Assembly (NCBI GenBank): GCA_964407865.1
Contig: CAYOXC010000001.1
Location: 395,978 to 459,977 of the forward strand
DNA length: 64,000 nt
From: an uncultured Gammaproteobacteria bacterium
GTDB lineage: Bacteria > Patescibacteriota > Patescibacteriia > Magasanikbacterales > GWA2-37-8
Direction: 5' to 3'
The notes under the pieces: model-generated
Database searches by the model: none
What the model saw: the letters and a program-made list of their open reading frames with translations, nothing else
What the model was told of the DNA's origin: nothing
Shown: in pieces, positions 10,503 through 19,486 of the stretch
Layout: each line of letters starts with the position of its first letter
Position numbering within the stretch: position 1 is the first letter of the stretch
Made by a program: the position numbers and the translations under genes

Positions 10503-11894
10503 CTACTTCAACTTTTTTATATGCACTTCGTCTAGAGTTTCTTTCGGTATTTCACTTGGCGCGCCCATCATCAAATCACGGGCATCGCCAGTTTTGGGAA
10601 AAGCGATCACTTCGCGAATATTTGGTTCACCAGCTAAAATCATCACAATACGGTCAATTCCCGGAGCAAAACCACCGTGCGGCGGGGCGCCAAAAGTAAA
10701 CGCCTCAAGCATGTGTCCGAAACGCGTTTTTTGCTCTTCTTCCGAAATTTTTAGTAAATCAAATATTTTCTTCTGTAATTCCCGTTCATGTATCCGGATA
10801 CTGCCACTACTCAATTCATAACCGTTTAACACCAAATCGTAAGCATTGGCTCTGACTTTCATCGGATCGCTACTAAGTAAATCTTTGTCTTCTTCCTTAA
10901 CCGAGCAGAAAGGATGGTGCATAGCATTGATGTTTCCCTCCTCATCTTTTTCAAACATGGGAAAATCTAAAATCCAGCAAAAAGCCAATTCGTTCTTGTC
11001 ATCTTTGTTTTTTCGCAAATCCGGCTTGTCCGTACCGTATTTATCCATTACCTCGGCATAAGTCAGACGCGGAAAAGGAATTTGGCTGATTGTTTTCTCC
11101 GGTGTTATTTTTTTTACCATTTCAACAAACATCGCTTCAGTGTAATTCAACACATCTTCCTGGGTGACAAAAGACATTTCAAAGTCCAATTGGGTGAATT
11201 CAGGCTGGCGATCACCGCGCTGGTCTTCATCGCGGAAACATCGAGCAATCTGAAAATACCGCTCAAAACCAGCAACCATAGAAAGTTGTTTGAACTGTTG
11301 CGGAGATTGCGGCAAAACATAAAACTGGCCAGCGTGCAGGCGAGATGGAACAATATATTCACGCGACCCTTCTGGAGTACCCTTCATTAAAATAGGCGTT
11401 TCAATTTCTACAAAATCATTTTTGTGCATGTAGTCGCGGAAAAAAGTAATTACTTTGTCACGCAAACGGATATTACTGGTCATTCTATCACTGCGCAAAT
11501 CCAAGTAGCGATATTTGAGTCGTAAATCTTCGGAGATAGCGCTGGTATCTTTGTCTATTTCAAAAGGCGGGGTTTCTGATTGGTTAAGCACAGTCAACTG
11601 TTTGGCTAAAACCTCAACCGTACCCGTCGGCATATCCGGATTTTTCTGCTTGTCGCCTCGCTCATTTACTATGCCGCGAATTTCCACCACCCATTCGGGT
11701 CGGACTCTTTTGAGTTCTTCGTTTGAGGTCTCGTCTAACTCTGCCGGAACACCAACCACTTGAACAATACCTCCTCTATCACGAATATCCAAAAAAACAA
11801 TTTTGCCCATATTTCGACGGGCATGCACCCAACCTTTTAGCAACACTTCCTCCCCTATTTTATCCACTGTTTTCACGCTTAAAATTCTTTGCAT
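10503..11894 (-). CDS. aspS: aspartate--tRNA ligase, short form lacking the bacterial GAD insertion
   Basis: QSPQQFKQL…FERYFQIARCFRDEDQRGDRQPEFTQLD matches the AspRS motif-2 region. GAPPHGGFAPGIDR is class II motif 3. The protein is 463 aa. Confidence 0.85.
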   Translation of the reverse strand: MQRILSVKTVDKIGEEVLLKGWVHARRNMGKIVFLDIRDRGGIVQVVGVPAELDETSNEELKRVRPEWVVEIRGIVNERGDKQKNPDMPTGTVEVLAKQLTVLNQSETPPFEIDKDTSAISEDLRLKYRYLDLRSDRMTSNIRLRDKVITFFRDYMHKNDFVEIETPILMKGTPEGSREYIVPSRLHAGQFYVLPQSPQQFKQLSMVAGFERYFQIARCFRDEDQRGDRQPEFTQLDFEMSFVTQEDVLNYTEAMFVEMVKKITPEKTISQIPFPRLTYAEVMDKYGTDKPDLRKNKDDKNELAFCWILDFPMFEKDEEGNINAMHHPFCSVKEEDKDLLSSDPMKVRANAYDLVLNGYELSSGSIRIHERELQKKIFDLLKISEEEQKTRFGHMLEAFTFGAPPHGGFAPGIDRIVMILAGEPNIREVIAFPKTGDARDLMMGAPSEIPKETLDEVHIKKLK

Positions 11895-11900
11895 AAAATT

Positions 11901-12905
11901 TTATTTAGCCATACCGAACATTTCGGCAATTTCAACCAAACGATATGAATAACCCATTTCATTATCATACCAAGCAATAACTTTAACTAGATTATCACCA
12001 ACAACATTGGTCAATTTCAAATCAACAATTGAAGAATAAGGATTAGCCACAAAATCCGAAGACACAAGCTCTTCTTCAGTGGTTAAAAGAACATTTTCAA
12101 AACGTTTGGATTTAGAAGCCTCAATAAGCGCTTGGTTGATTTCTTCTTTTGTTACATTCTTTTTAAGAACAGCTGTAATATCCGCCAAGGAGCATGTCAA
12201 AACCGGCACTCGCACGGCCAGGCCGTCAAAAATACCATTAACCGCAGGAATAACTTCGCCGACCGCTTTAGCTGCACCAGTGGTTGTCGGCACGATATTT
12301 TCCGCTGCGGCACGAGCTCGGCGCAAGTCTTTATGCGGACCGTCCTGTAAATTCTGATCCGATGTGTAACCATGAACGGTGGTCATCATTGCTTTTTCAA
12401 TGCCGAATGTTTCTTCAAGTACTGCCATAACCGGAGCGATGCAGTTTGTTGTACAAGAAGCATTGTTAATAACAGCTTCTTTTTCTTCACTGACTTTGCC
12501 GCAATTAACTCCACGGACATAAGTCGGCACTCCTTTGCCTTTGGCCGGTGCAGACATAACAACTTTTTTTGCGCCTGCTTTCAAGTGAAGTTCTGCTTCT
12601 TCTTTTTTTCTAAATCGTCCAGTGCATTCTAAAACAACATCAACCTTAAATTGTTTCCAGGGCAAAGCTGCTGGATCCTTTTCTGCCGAAACCGGTATTT
12701 TTTTACCGTTTACAATTATATTCTTATCATCAAAAGAAACTTCATGCTCCCAAGTGTGGTATGAAGTATCATGTTTAAGTAGATGCGCCAGTGTTTTCGG
12801 ATCAGTCAGATCGTTGATAGCTACAATATCAATATTTTTGTGCTCAAAGGCTATTTTAAAGGCCTGCCGACCGATACGGCCAAAACCATTGATTGCGAGG
12901 TTCAT
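11901..12905 (-). CDS. gap: glyceraldehyde-3-phosphate dehydrogenase
   Basis: INGFGRIGR Rossmann start, catalytic ASCTTNC, 334 aa. Confidence 0.95.
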   Translation of the reverse strand: MNLAINGFGRIGRQAFKIAFEHKNIDIVAINDLTDPKTLAHLLKHDTSYHTWEHEVSFDDKNIIVNGKKIPVSAEKDPAALPWKQFKVDVVLECTGRFRKKEEAELHLKAGAKKVVMSAPAKGKGVPTYVRGVNCGKVSEEKEAVINNASCTTNCIAPVMAVLEETFGIEKAMMTTVHGYTSDQNLQDGPHKDLRRARAAAENIVPTTTGAAKAVGEVIPAVNGIFDGLAVRVPVLTCSLADITAVLKKNVTKEEINQALIEASKSKRFENVLLTTEEELVSSDFVANPYSSIVDLKLTNVVGDNLVKVIAWYDNEMGYSYRLVEIAEMFGMAK

Positions 12906-12944
12906 AAATTAATAATTAATAAACATTAATAAATCCATCTTATT

Positions 12945-12980
12945 ATAATTCAAAAAAACCCCGCCGTAAAGTCGGGGATG
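12945..12980 (-). terminator. hairpin plus U-tract (minus-strand orientation)
   Basis: CCCCG(12958-62)…CGGGG(12972-76), preceded on the plus strand by A7 (12951-57), which reads as T7 after the stem on the minus strand. Confidence 0.45.
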
Positions 12981-12999
12981 GCAATCCAAACAAGACTGA

Positions 13000-13045
13000 T
13001 TTTAAATAAAAACGCCCTCTTACGCAAAACGCAAGAGGGCGTAAA
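13000..13045 (-). terminator. strong hairpin plus U-tract (minus-strand orientation)
   Basis: CGCCCTCTT(13013-21)…AAGAGGGCG(13033-41). An A-run lies upstream on the plus strand. Confidence 0.5.
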
Positions 13046-13089
13046 GTTGTCTTCAGGAAAAATCTAAAAAATTACTGCAAACACATAAA

Positions 13090-13120
13090 TTAAGAACGCC
13101 GCATTTAGCGGCGTTCTTTT
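13090..13120 (-). terminator. hairpin just downstream of the giant surface-protein gene
   Basis: GAACGCCGC(13094-102)…GCGGCGTTC(13108-116). The U-tract is weak on the minus strand. Confidence 0.4.
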
Positions 13121-13139
13121 AAACTATCTTTGTCTCAGA

Positions 13140-16100
13140 TTATACTCCTCCAGCGTCTTGCGTCTTGTCGGTTAGTTCAGAAATTTCGAAACTAATCACA
13201 CCTCCCACCGTCATTCCATCAAGAGCCGAAGCAGGCACCACGCGGACATATCTTTCCTGAAAGCCGTTGGCGACGAATCCCGCGGCCGTCACTTCCCGCA
13301 TCACATCATCTGCGTCAATATAATAGGTCTTATTATCAGATTTTATCAGCATGCCTTCGTGCGCTTTGACTATATCAATATCAGTGGCGCGTTTGACATA
13401 GTGTGGCCAGAATACATCATCCACCACCATCACCTTACTGCCCACGCCGTCCGCATAAGCTGATGTGCCATAAAGGGCTTCAGCAATATTCGCAGAAATT
13501 TTGGCCAAAGTATTACCCGGCAAAATCACATAGAGCTGATCGGACGACGGTCTTTTAATCAGATACGAACCAGGGTGATAGTTAACTGCTGCAGGATAGC
13601 TCTTTGGCACTTTTAGCGAATCAAAACAATCCTGGTCAACAGATAAATATCCGCCGTATGTCGGCCGCCAAGACTTGAATTCGTCCCCTGAGGGAAAATA
13701 CATTGCTTCCATCATCTTGTTAACCGCATAAATTGCCGGCTTACCGATGACTTTTACCATATCCCCTGCTTTGATAGTGGGACAGGTCGGACCAACCGTA
13801 CCAGGTGGCAGTGGCTCGGATATTGGTATAACACTTTCTTGACCGGGCGCCACAAGTTCAATCGTGTCATAGATAGCATCAGTTAAATTAAAAGCATTAT
13901 CCCTAAACTGAATCCAAACTTTCTTTGTTCCAAGACCGGATTCCAATGTCCAACCCTCGGACGTGGTAAACGGCTGCCACTCAGCATCAGCCAAAGTGGA
14001 TAAATTGGAAATTTTCATATAGGTAGCATCCAGAGCACCGATTGAAAGTGAAACAAAGGTTGATGTGGTTAAGGCGGCACCGCTATTAATCTGCATAGAG
14101 ATATTGGTCGGTGCAGTCCTGTCACCACCACCGCCACCGCTACTCGGAGCGGCAGTGCTGACATTGAGCGGATTAGCACTGACCAGATATGTGGTGTTAT
14201 TGGCCAAATCCCGAGCTCTGGCGCAGATGTACTTGCCGTTATTTGTGTTATAACTCACGGTGAAAGAAGATCCCGATGTAAAAGCATTGGAATAACTATC
14301 ACTGCCATCGCAAACCGCATCACTACTATAAGCATAAGCGTATGAAGCGGTATTTGGATTGGTGTCGGTAACGGTAATGTTAATCGTGTCACTAGTTACC
14401 GGACCGGCTTCCACATCATCAACAAAAGTCACTGTCGGGGTAGCAGTATCAATAATAAAATCATAAGCGCTTGAGAAGGTTCCGGTGGCGGGCAAGGTTA
14501 AAACCGCATCATTGCCAGCCAAATCTTTAATCGTGCCGCCGTTTAACACAAGCGCTGTGGTTGAGGCATAGTCCAGATCACTTGAAGTATCGCCGGCAGC
14601 AACAGTGTAATTATAGTAATTCATACCAAAAGCTAACCACGGGGCATAGCGTCCAGCGCCAACATTAAGATAAAGCAATGGCTGTCCTGTTACTACTATG
14701 GTTTCGTCAAAATTGACATTAATAGGTATGATCGCATCTTTGGCATAGGCTCCGCTTGGATGCGAAGATGAAACTGAAACAACAGATGGCGGGGTCGTGT
14801 CATATACATAGGTGAAAACAGCTGAAGCAGTACTGGTGTTGTTGGCTGAATCGACAAGCTTGGCGGTTAAAGTATGTGTGCCAACAGAAAGTGGGCTGGT
14901 ATAAAATATTTCCGGAGTAACCATAACCGCGTTCGTGGCTAATACAGTGACGCCGTCCGTATCATATAAATAGTAATACGCACCTATTTCACCGGTTAAT
15001 TTTATTTGTGGGGTACTTGTATTGCCATAAGCAGGTGAAGAAGTACTGCCGTTGACTTCGGTGATAACCGGAGCGCTAGGCGCAGTCAAATCCAGTGTAT
15101 ATGAAATCAGATTTGAAGCATCGCTCACATTGCCACACGGGTCTACCGCTTTGGTGGATAAATCATGACTGCCCTCGGTCAAAGAAAGTGTTCTTGTCAT
15201 GGTGGTGGCTGTGGCGGTGACGCTATCAATTTCCGTCGCGCCATCATAAATTTTTAATATATCGCCTATGGTTAAACCACTAACAACAATCGGCGGGTTA
15301 GAATTACTTCCGGTTTGAGGGTGATTCATACTGCCATTTACCGTATCAAGCGACGGCGCTGAGGAAGTGGCGAAATCCACGTAAAAACTGCCGATAATCG
15401 TATACTCAGGCGAATTTAGTCCGGCCAAATCCGGAGTGCTAGAAACCGTAGTGGTAGCGCCCTGATCAATCGGCCACGATTGACTTTCTACATCTGTAGT
15501 TACGCGGAACGCAGTGGAGCTTACCCAGCTATAAGAGCGGTTTGTCAAAACCGCGTAAAAAGGCGGGTCAAAAGCTACGGTTGGTGTCGCTGTCTGATCC
15601 ATTGGTTCGTCATAATGCACGGTAAATGTAAACGTGCTTGAACCGACCGCTCCGCCGCCAACACACATCGGATTTGGCGTGCTCGTTACCATTTGCGGTG
15701 AAGTTAGATCTACTGCAAAAGCTGTCATCGCTAAAGTACTGGAAGCACCTGCTCCATCAATCACTTTAACCGCGCAGTTTGAATGATAACCTTCGGACAC
15801 CGGCCCAATAGCGATCGTGTTGTTTCCGTTTGTTGTTGAGCCCATTGGTGTAGACGAACAGTCGCCGAGGAACATATATGTTCCGGTAACATTGGCACTG
15901 AATGTGAAATTCGGGGTGGTTGTAGTGCTCGGATCAGGCACTGGCGTCACTTCAGACAAAACAGGAACGGTTTCATAACCGGAAAAGTGTTCAGTAACAA
16001 AATACAAAGTTCCCGTATTAGTATCGGACCAATTGACACTGGTTATTTCCGGATAATCCACAGAACTGGTTGGAATAATATTGCCGCTATCGTCTCTAAC

Positions 16101-17009
16101 AATAACTGAACTTATGTCTATATTTTGATAACCCAAATCGCTTAAACCATAAAAATAAATTTCAGCGCCCGCATCTCTCATAAGCGCGGCAGTACTGGCA
16201 TCCAGCGCCACCCTTCCCCCGTCAAGTTCCAATTTTGTTCTTAAATTCTGCAATAAATTCATTGAATTTTGGTCGGTAATATTGAACGTGGATTGATTTA
16301 ATACAATTTCTCCCATCCCTTCTTTGTAAAAATAAAGTCCTTGTGCATTTGTTGGATCAAAATTTGAGTCCGTAATATTGGAATCCACTCCCGACGGTAA
16401 ACAAGTCGCAATCGCTGCAAGCGATGGCGGAGTTACGCCTGGACCAGGAACCGGCGGACTATCGCAATCCAAAGTACTTGTCGTAATATTATACCAACCC
16501 CTACTTATAGAAGTTGTAACACTCCAACTACCCATGTGCTGCATGGCTGATTCTGGCGTACTAGAAGTTGAATCTGGCTTAGCTACATATGGCACGCCAG
16601 TAACATGATATCCATAAGATACAGCTGAAATAGGCGTATTGCTTACAACAATCTGCATAAATAATCCGGCAGGAGCTCCTTCGGCATACATTAACCCAGC
16701 CTCAGATATAACAAGCAGTCCTTTCGCTGGTACTAAACCGGATAGGGTGCTTGTATTTGGCGCGCCGCTATAACTATCATCACCATCCATCGGAGCTACA
16801 ACAAACTCCCAATCAGTTAAATCAATAACATTATCGGTGGTATTTAACACTTCTATCCATTGAGCACCGCTACTGCCTAAAAAGAATTCACTAATAATCA
16901 AATCATTTACGCTATACGCCTCTGCCGGCTTTGAATCAAAGAAAACATACCCAGCGCCAAGGCCAAAAATGGCTAACGCCAAAACCAGAAGTTTGTATCT
17001 CAACTTCAT
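13140..17009 (-). CDS. giant secreted/surface protein with N-terminal Lamin Tail Domain (LTD) and Thr/Ser-rich Ig-like repeats
   Basis: Signal peptide MKLRYKLLVLALAIFGLGAG. LIISEFFLGSSGAQWIEVLNTTDNVIDLTDWEF matches the LTD core. It is 1289 aa with long T/S/G/N-rich low-complexity stretches and visibly higher GC than its neighbours. Confidence 0.6.
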   Translation of the reverse strand: MKLRYKLLVLALAIFGLGAGYVFFDSKPAEAYSVNDLIISEFFLGSSGAQWIEVLNTTDNVIDLTDWEFVVAPMDGDDSYSGAPNTSTLSGLVPAKGLLVISEAGLMYAEGAPAGLFMQIVVSNTPISAVSYGYHVTGVPYVAKPDSTSSTPESAMQHMGSWSVTTSISRGWYNITTSTLDCDSPPVPGPGVTPPSLAAIATCLPSGVDSNITDSNFDPTNAQGLYFYKEGMGEIVLNQSTFNITDQNSMNLLQNLRTKLELDGGRVALDASTAALMRDAGAEIYFYGLSDLGYQNIDISSVIVRDDSGNIIPTSSVDYPEITSVNWSDTNTGTLYFVTEHFSGYETVPVLSEVTPVPDPSTTTTPNFTFSANVTGTYMFLGDCSSTPMGSTTNGNNTIAIGPVSEGYHSNCAVKVIDGAGASSTLAMTAFAVDLTSPQMVTSTPNPMCVGGGAVGSSTFTFTVHYDEPMDQTATPTVAFDPPFYAVLTNRSYSWVSSTAFRVTTDVESQSWPIDQGATTTVSSTPDLAGLNSPEYTIIGSFYVDFATSSAPSLDTVNGSMNHPQTGSNSNPPIVVSGLTIGDILKIYDGATEIDSVTATATTMTRTLSLTEGSHDLSTKAVDPCGNVSDASNLISYTLDLTAPSAPVITEVNGSTSSPAYGNTSTPQIKLTGEIGAYYYLYDTDGVTVLATNAVMVTPEIFYTSPLSVGTHTLTAKLVDSANNTSTASAVFTYVYDTTPPSVVSVSSSHPSGAYAKDAIIPINVNFDETIVVTGQPLLYLNVGAGRYAPWLAFGMNYYNYTVAAGDTSSDLDYASTTALVLNGGTIKDLAGNDAVLTLPATGTFSSAYDFIIDTATPTVTFVDDVEAGPVTSDTINITVTDTNPNTASYAYAYSSDAVCDGSDSYSNAFTSGSSFTVSYNTNNGKYICARARDLANNTTYLVSANPLNVSTAAPSSGGGGGDRTAPTNISMQINSGAALTTSTFVSLSIGALDATYMKISNLSTLADAEWQPFTTSEGWTLESGLGTKKVWIQFRDNAFNLTDAIYDTIELVAPGQESVIPISEPLPPGTVGPTCPTIKAGDMVKVIGKPAIYAVNKMMEAMYFPSGDEFKSWRPTYGGYLSVDQDCFDSLKVPKSYPAAVNYHPGSYLIKRPSSDQLYVILPGNTLAKISANIAEALYGTSAYADGVGSKVMVVDDVFWPHYVKRATDIDIVKAHEGMLIKSDNKTYYIDADDVMREVTAAGFVANGFQERYVRVVPASALDGMTVGGVISFEISELTDKTQDAGGV

Positions 17010-17060
17010 ATAATAAATTAATTAATATATAAAAAACAAAAATTAATTGTTACCAATGTT

Positions 17061-17066
17061 ATTATA
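17061..17066 (-). promoter_or_regulatory. extended -10 element (TGcTATAAT on the minus strand) upstream of the LTD gene
   Basis: The minus strand reads …ttttgTGcTATAATaacattgg… about 45 nt upstream of the ATG at 17009. Confidence 0.4.
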
Positions 17067-17164
17067 GCACAAAATGCTTTTACTTACCTCTACTATTTGA
17101 CTCTATGGCTTGTGGACAAGATGTCGACGTAAAATCACGATTTTATTGGCAAAAATACAGAGAA

Positions 17165-17200
17165 ACAAAAAATCCCGAAATTACATCGGGATTTTTTATT
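17165..17200 (-). terminator. Rho-independent terminator after tsf (bidirectional-looking)
   Basis: ATCCCGA(17172-78)…TCGGGAT(17186-92), flanked by an A-run and T6. Confidence 0.6.
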
Positions 17201-17213
17201 AATTACATATGTC

Positions 17214-18101
17214 TTATTTCATCTGTTCTGCTACTTCAGCGGCAAAATCACAGGATTTCTTTTCTAAACCCTCTCCAAGTTCATAGCGGATAAATTCAAT
17301 AATTTCCACGCCGTCCCCTGCCTCTGTCAAAAGCTGTAATATCTTTTTCTCTTCATCTTTGATGTAGGGCTGTTCCAAAAGACAAACTTCACTATAAAAT
17401 TTGTCCATTTTGCCCTTTACAATATTCTCAATAATATTTTCTGGTTTGTTCTGCGCTCGAAGCTGTTCAGAAGAAATTTCTTTTTCCTTGTTTACTTCAT
17501 CTGGGTCAACTGATTCGCGGTTCAAATATCGAGGATTGGCTGCGGCAATATGCATGGCAATATCGCGAGCCAGTTCAGCATTATCAGAATTTTTTAACCA
17601 AACCAAGACGGAAATTTTTCCACCCATATGCACATATGTGCCAAATATTTCACCGGCACCTTTTTCCTTTACGGCAAAACGACGCAAATTAATCTTTTCG
17701 CCAATTTTCGCCACAGTGGCATTAAAATAATCCTGCAAGTTATCACTACCACCGGCGACTGTTTGGCCCATTGCCTCTTCAGCGCTCACCGGGTTATTTT
17801 TTATCAAAGTATCAACTACGGTAGAAACCAATTGCTTAAAATCATCGCTTTTGGCGACAAAATCTGTTTCAGAATTAACCTCAACTATAGCCGCCATATT
17901 GCCTTCTTCTTTGACTAAGGTTAAACCCTCAGCCGCAATTTTGTCCGTGCGCTTAGCTGCTTTGACAATACCCTTCTTGCGCAGAATTTCAGCGGCTTTG
18001 TCCGTATCACCTTCCGCCTCTTCCAGCGCTTTTTTACAATCCATCATACCGGCGCCGGTTGATTCGCGAAGCTTGGTGATATCTGCTGCACTAATTGTCA
18101 T
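17214..18101 (-). CDS. tsf: elongation factor Ts
   Basis: ITAADITKLRESTGAGMMDCKKAL… EF-Ts UBA-like N-terminus, 295 aa, downstream of rpsB. Confidence 0.95.
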   Translation of the reverse strand: MTISAADITKLRESTGAGMMDCKKALEEAEGDTDKAAEILRKKGIVKAAKRTDKIAAEGLTLVKEEGNMAAIVEVNSETDFVAKSDDFKQLVSTVVDTLIKNNPVSAEEAMGQTVAGGSDNLQDYFNATVAKIGEKINLRRFAVKEKGAGEIFGTYVHMGGKISVLVWLKNSDNAELARDIAMHIAAANPRYLNRESVDPDEVNKEKEISSEQLRAQNKPENIIENIVKGKMDKFYSEVCLLEQPYIKDEEKKILQLLTEAGDGVEIIEFIRYELGEGLEKKSCDFAAEVAEQMK

Positions 18102-18152
18102 ATGATTAAATTTGTTAATAGTAATATTTATTTACCACTAAGATAAAGATAC

Positions 18153-18932
18153 TTAGTCTGAGCCTTCTTTCCTTACGGCTCGGTATTCTTTTTTGACTAC
18201 TTCTGGTTTTTTATCATCCTTTGGCATTTCCATTTTTTTCTTCTCCCATTCCTTGCGTCCCTCATTCACTGCCTCGGACATAAGATCGGCCGCTAATTTG
18301 ATAGAATTAACAGCGTCGTCATTCATTGGAATAATATAATCCACATCATCAGGATTTACATTGCTGTCGCAAACACCGATAATCGGTATGCGTTTTCTCA
18401 ATGCTTCGGCTACTGCTGTCTTTTCTGTGCGCAAATCAGCAATATATAGGGCTTCTGGAATTTTCTCTAAGTTAGTTAGACCGCACAAATAGCGCTCCAT
18501 TTTTTCTAACTCTTTTTTCATTTTAAGCTGTTCTTTTTTGGTATATTTTTCAACTTCACCGCTTTCAACCTCACCCTTCATGGTATGAAACTTTTTGAGC
18601 CGGCGCTTAACTTCCTCAAAATTGGTAAGTAACCCGCCTATCCATCGTTCCACCAAATAAGGCATGCCACAATCTTCAGCCGCCTTTTTAATATGAGCCA
18701 TGGCCTGGCGCTTGGTGCCGACAAATAAAATAACCTTGCCTTCTGCGGCCAGGTTTTTAACATAATTCAGAGTCCTCTCAATTTCAATAAGAGATTTCTC
18801 CAAATCAATAATGTGAATCCCGCCGCGAATGCCGAACAAATACGGCTTCATCTTTGGGTGCCAACGGGACTTTTGGTGGCCGAAATGCGCTCCGGCCTTG
18901 AGCAACTCTAAAAGAGTCGGTAATTTAGGCAT
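18153..18932 (-). CDS. rpsB: 30S ribosomal protein S2
   Basis: LLKAGAHFGHQKSRWHPKM… and VILFVGTKRQA S2 signatures, 259 aa. Confidence 0.95.
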   Translation of the reverse strand: MPKLPTLLELLKAGAHFGHQKSRWHPKMKPYLFGIRGGIHIIDLEKSLIEIERTLNYVKNLAAEGKVILFVGTKRQAMAHIKKAAEDCGMPYLVERWIGGLLTNFEEVKRRLKKFHTMKGEVESGEVEKYTKKEQLKMKKELEKMERYLCGLTNLEKIPEALYIADLRTEKTAVAEALRKRIPIIGVCDSNVNPDDVDYIIPMNDDAVNSIKLAADLMSEAVNEGRKEWEKKKMEMPKDDKKPEVVKKEYRAVRKEGSD

Positions 18933-18948
18933 AAATATTTTCCTTTAA

Positions 18949-19022
18949 CCTCTCAGTCCTGCTGTTTGAAATGTTCCAAACAGAGGAAAATGTTCGCTTT
19001 TTCAGCGAAGGACTGATGAGAG
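18949..19022 (-). promoter_or_regulatory. three-way-junction RNA structure in the rpsB 5' leader (candidate S2 autoregulatory element)
   Basis: Closing stem CTCTCAGTCC(18950-59)/GGACTGATGAGAG(19010-22) encloses two hairpins, CTGTTTG…CAAACAG and TTCGCT…AGCGAA. The 3' arm abuts the AAAGGA SD 9 nt before the rpsB ATG. Confidence 0.45.
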
Positions 19023-19035
19023 ATAAATAAAAACT

Positions 19036-19076
19036 GTTAAAAAACAGGTTAGCAACATACTAACCTGTTTTTTGAA
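19036..19076 (-). terminator. Rho-independent terminator of the 73-aa ORF (bidirectional)
   Basis: AACAGGTTAG(19043-52)…CTAACCTGTT(19060-69) is a 10-bp perfect stem with T-runs on both strands. Confidence 0.7.
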
Positions 19077-19105
19077 GTTTGTCAAGCATTATTCGCTTGT
19101 GTTTT

Positions 19106-19327
19106 TTAACCTTCTGTGCCGGTTTTCTTAAGTTCGTCTTCACTCATCTTATTTAATTCGCCTAAAACATCGGTTAATTCTTTGGCCTGCTCAGCGGCTG
19201 TTGCCTGAATTTCTTCCGGCTTAATATTTTTTCCTTCTAAATCTTTGGCGATTTCTTGAGCTTTTTGTCTCTCCGCCTCCATAGCTTGGAGTTCGGCAAG
19301 AGAACGATCCACTTCGCTAGATGACAT
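19106..19327 (-). CDS. small acidic coiled-coil protein, unknown function
   Basis: 73 aa with E/K/A-rich heptads, its own canonical promoter and the 19036-19076 terminator. Confidence 0.4.
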   Translation of the reverse strand: MSSSEVDRSLAELQAMEAERQKAQEIAKDLEGKNIKPEEIQATAAEQAKELTDVLGELNKMSEDELKKTGTEG

Positions 19328-19402
19328 ATTATTATTAATTTAAAAATGAATTAAACCGTATAATAATACCTTTTGCTTTTTTTGATATTTATTATACATT
19401 TG

Positions 19403-19432
19403 AGTATAGCACATTTTTGCCTTTTTGTCAAG
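19403..19432 (-). promoter_or_regulatory. sigma70-type promoter TTGACA-N17-TATACT for the 73-aa ORF
   Basis: On the minus strand: cTTGACAaaaaggcaaaaatgtgcTATACT (-35 at 19427-32, -10 at 19403-08). Confidence 0.6.
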
Positions 19433-19447
19433 ATTTTCGCGAATTTA

Positions 19448-19480
19448 AAGAAAAAGCGCCGGGTGTTAACCCGGCGCAGA
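19448..19480 (-). terminator. Rho-independent terminator of the GC-rich 154-aa ORF
   Basis: GCGCCGGGT(19456-64)…ACCCGGCGC(19469-77) is a 9-bp GC stem, with a T-run on the minus strand after the stem. Confidence 0.65.
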
Positions 19481-19486
19481 TTTTAC

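Noticed and set aside
19010-19022. CUGAUGAG (hammerhead-ribozyme core heptamer) together with a GAAA and a GUC in a three-helix junction upstream of rpsB
   Set aside because: The order of elements around the junction (hairpin-GAAA-hairpin-CUGAUGA inside the closing stem) does not match any circular permutation of the hammerhead core (I-CUGAUGA-II-GAA-III-UH-I). The transcribed strand here is the minus strand, which carries the complement. I treat it as a leader structure only.
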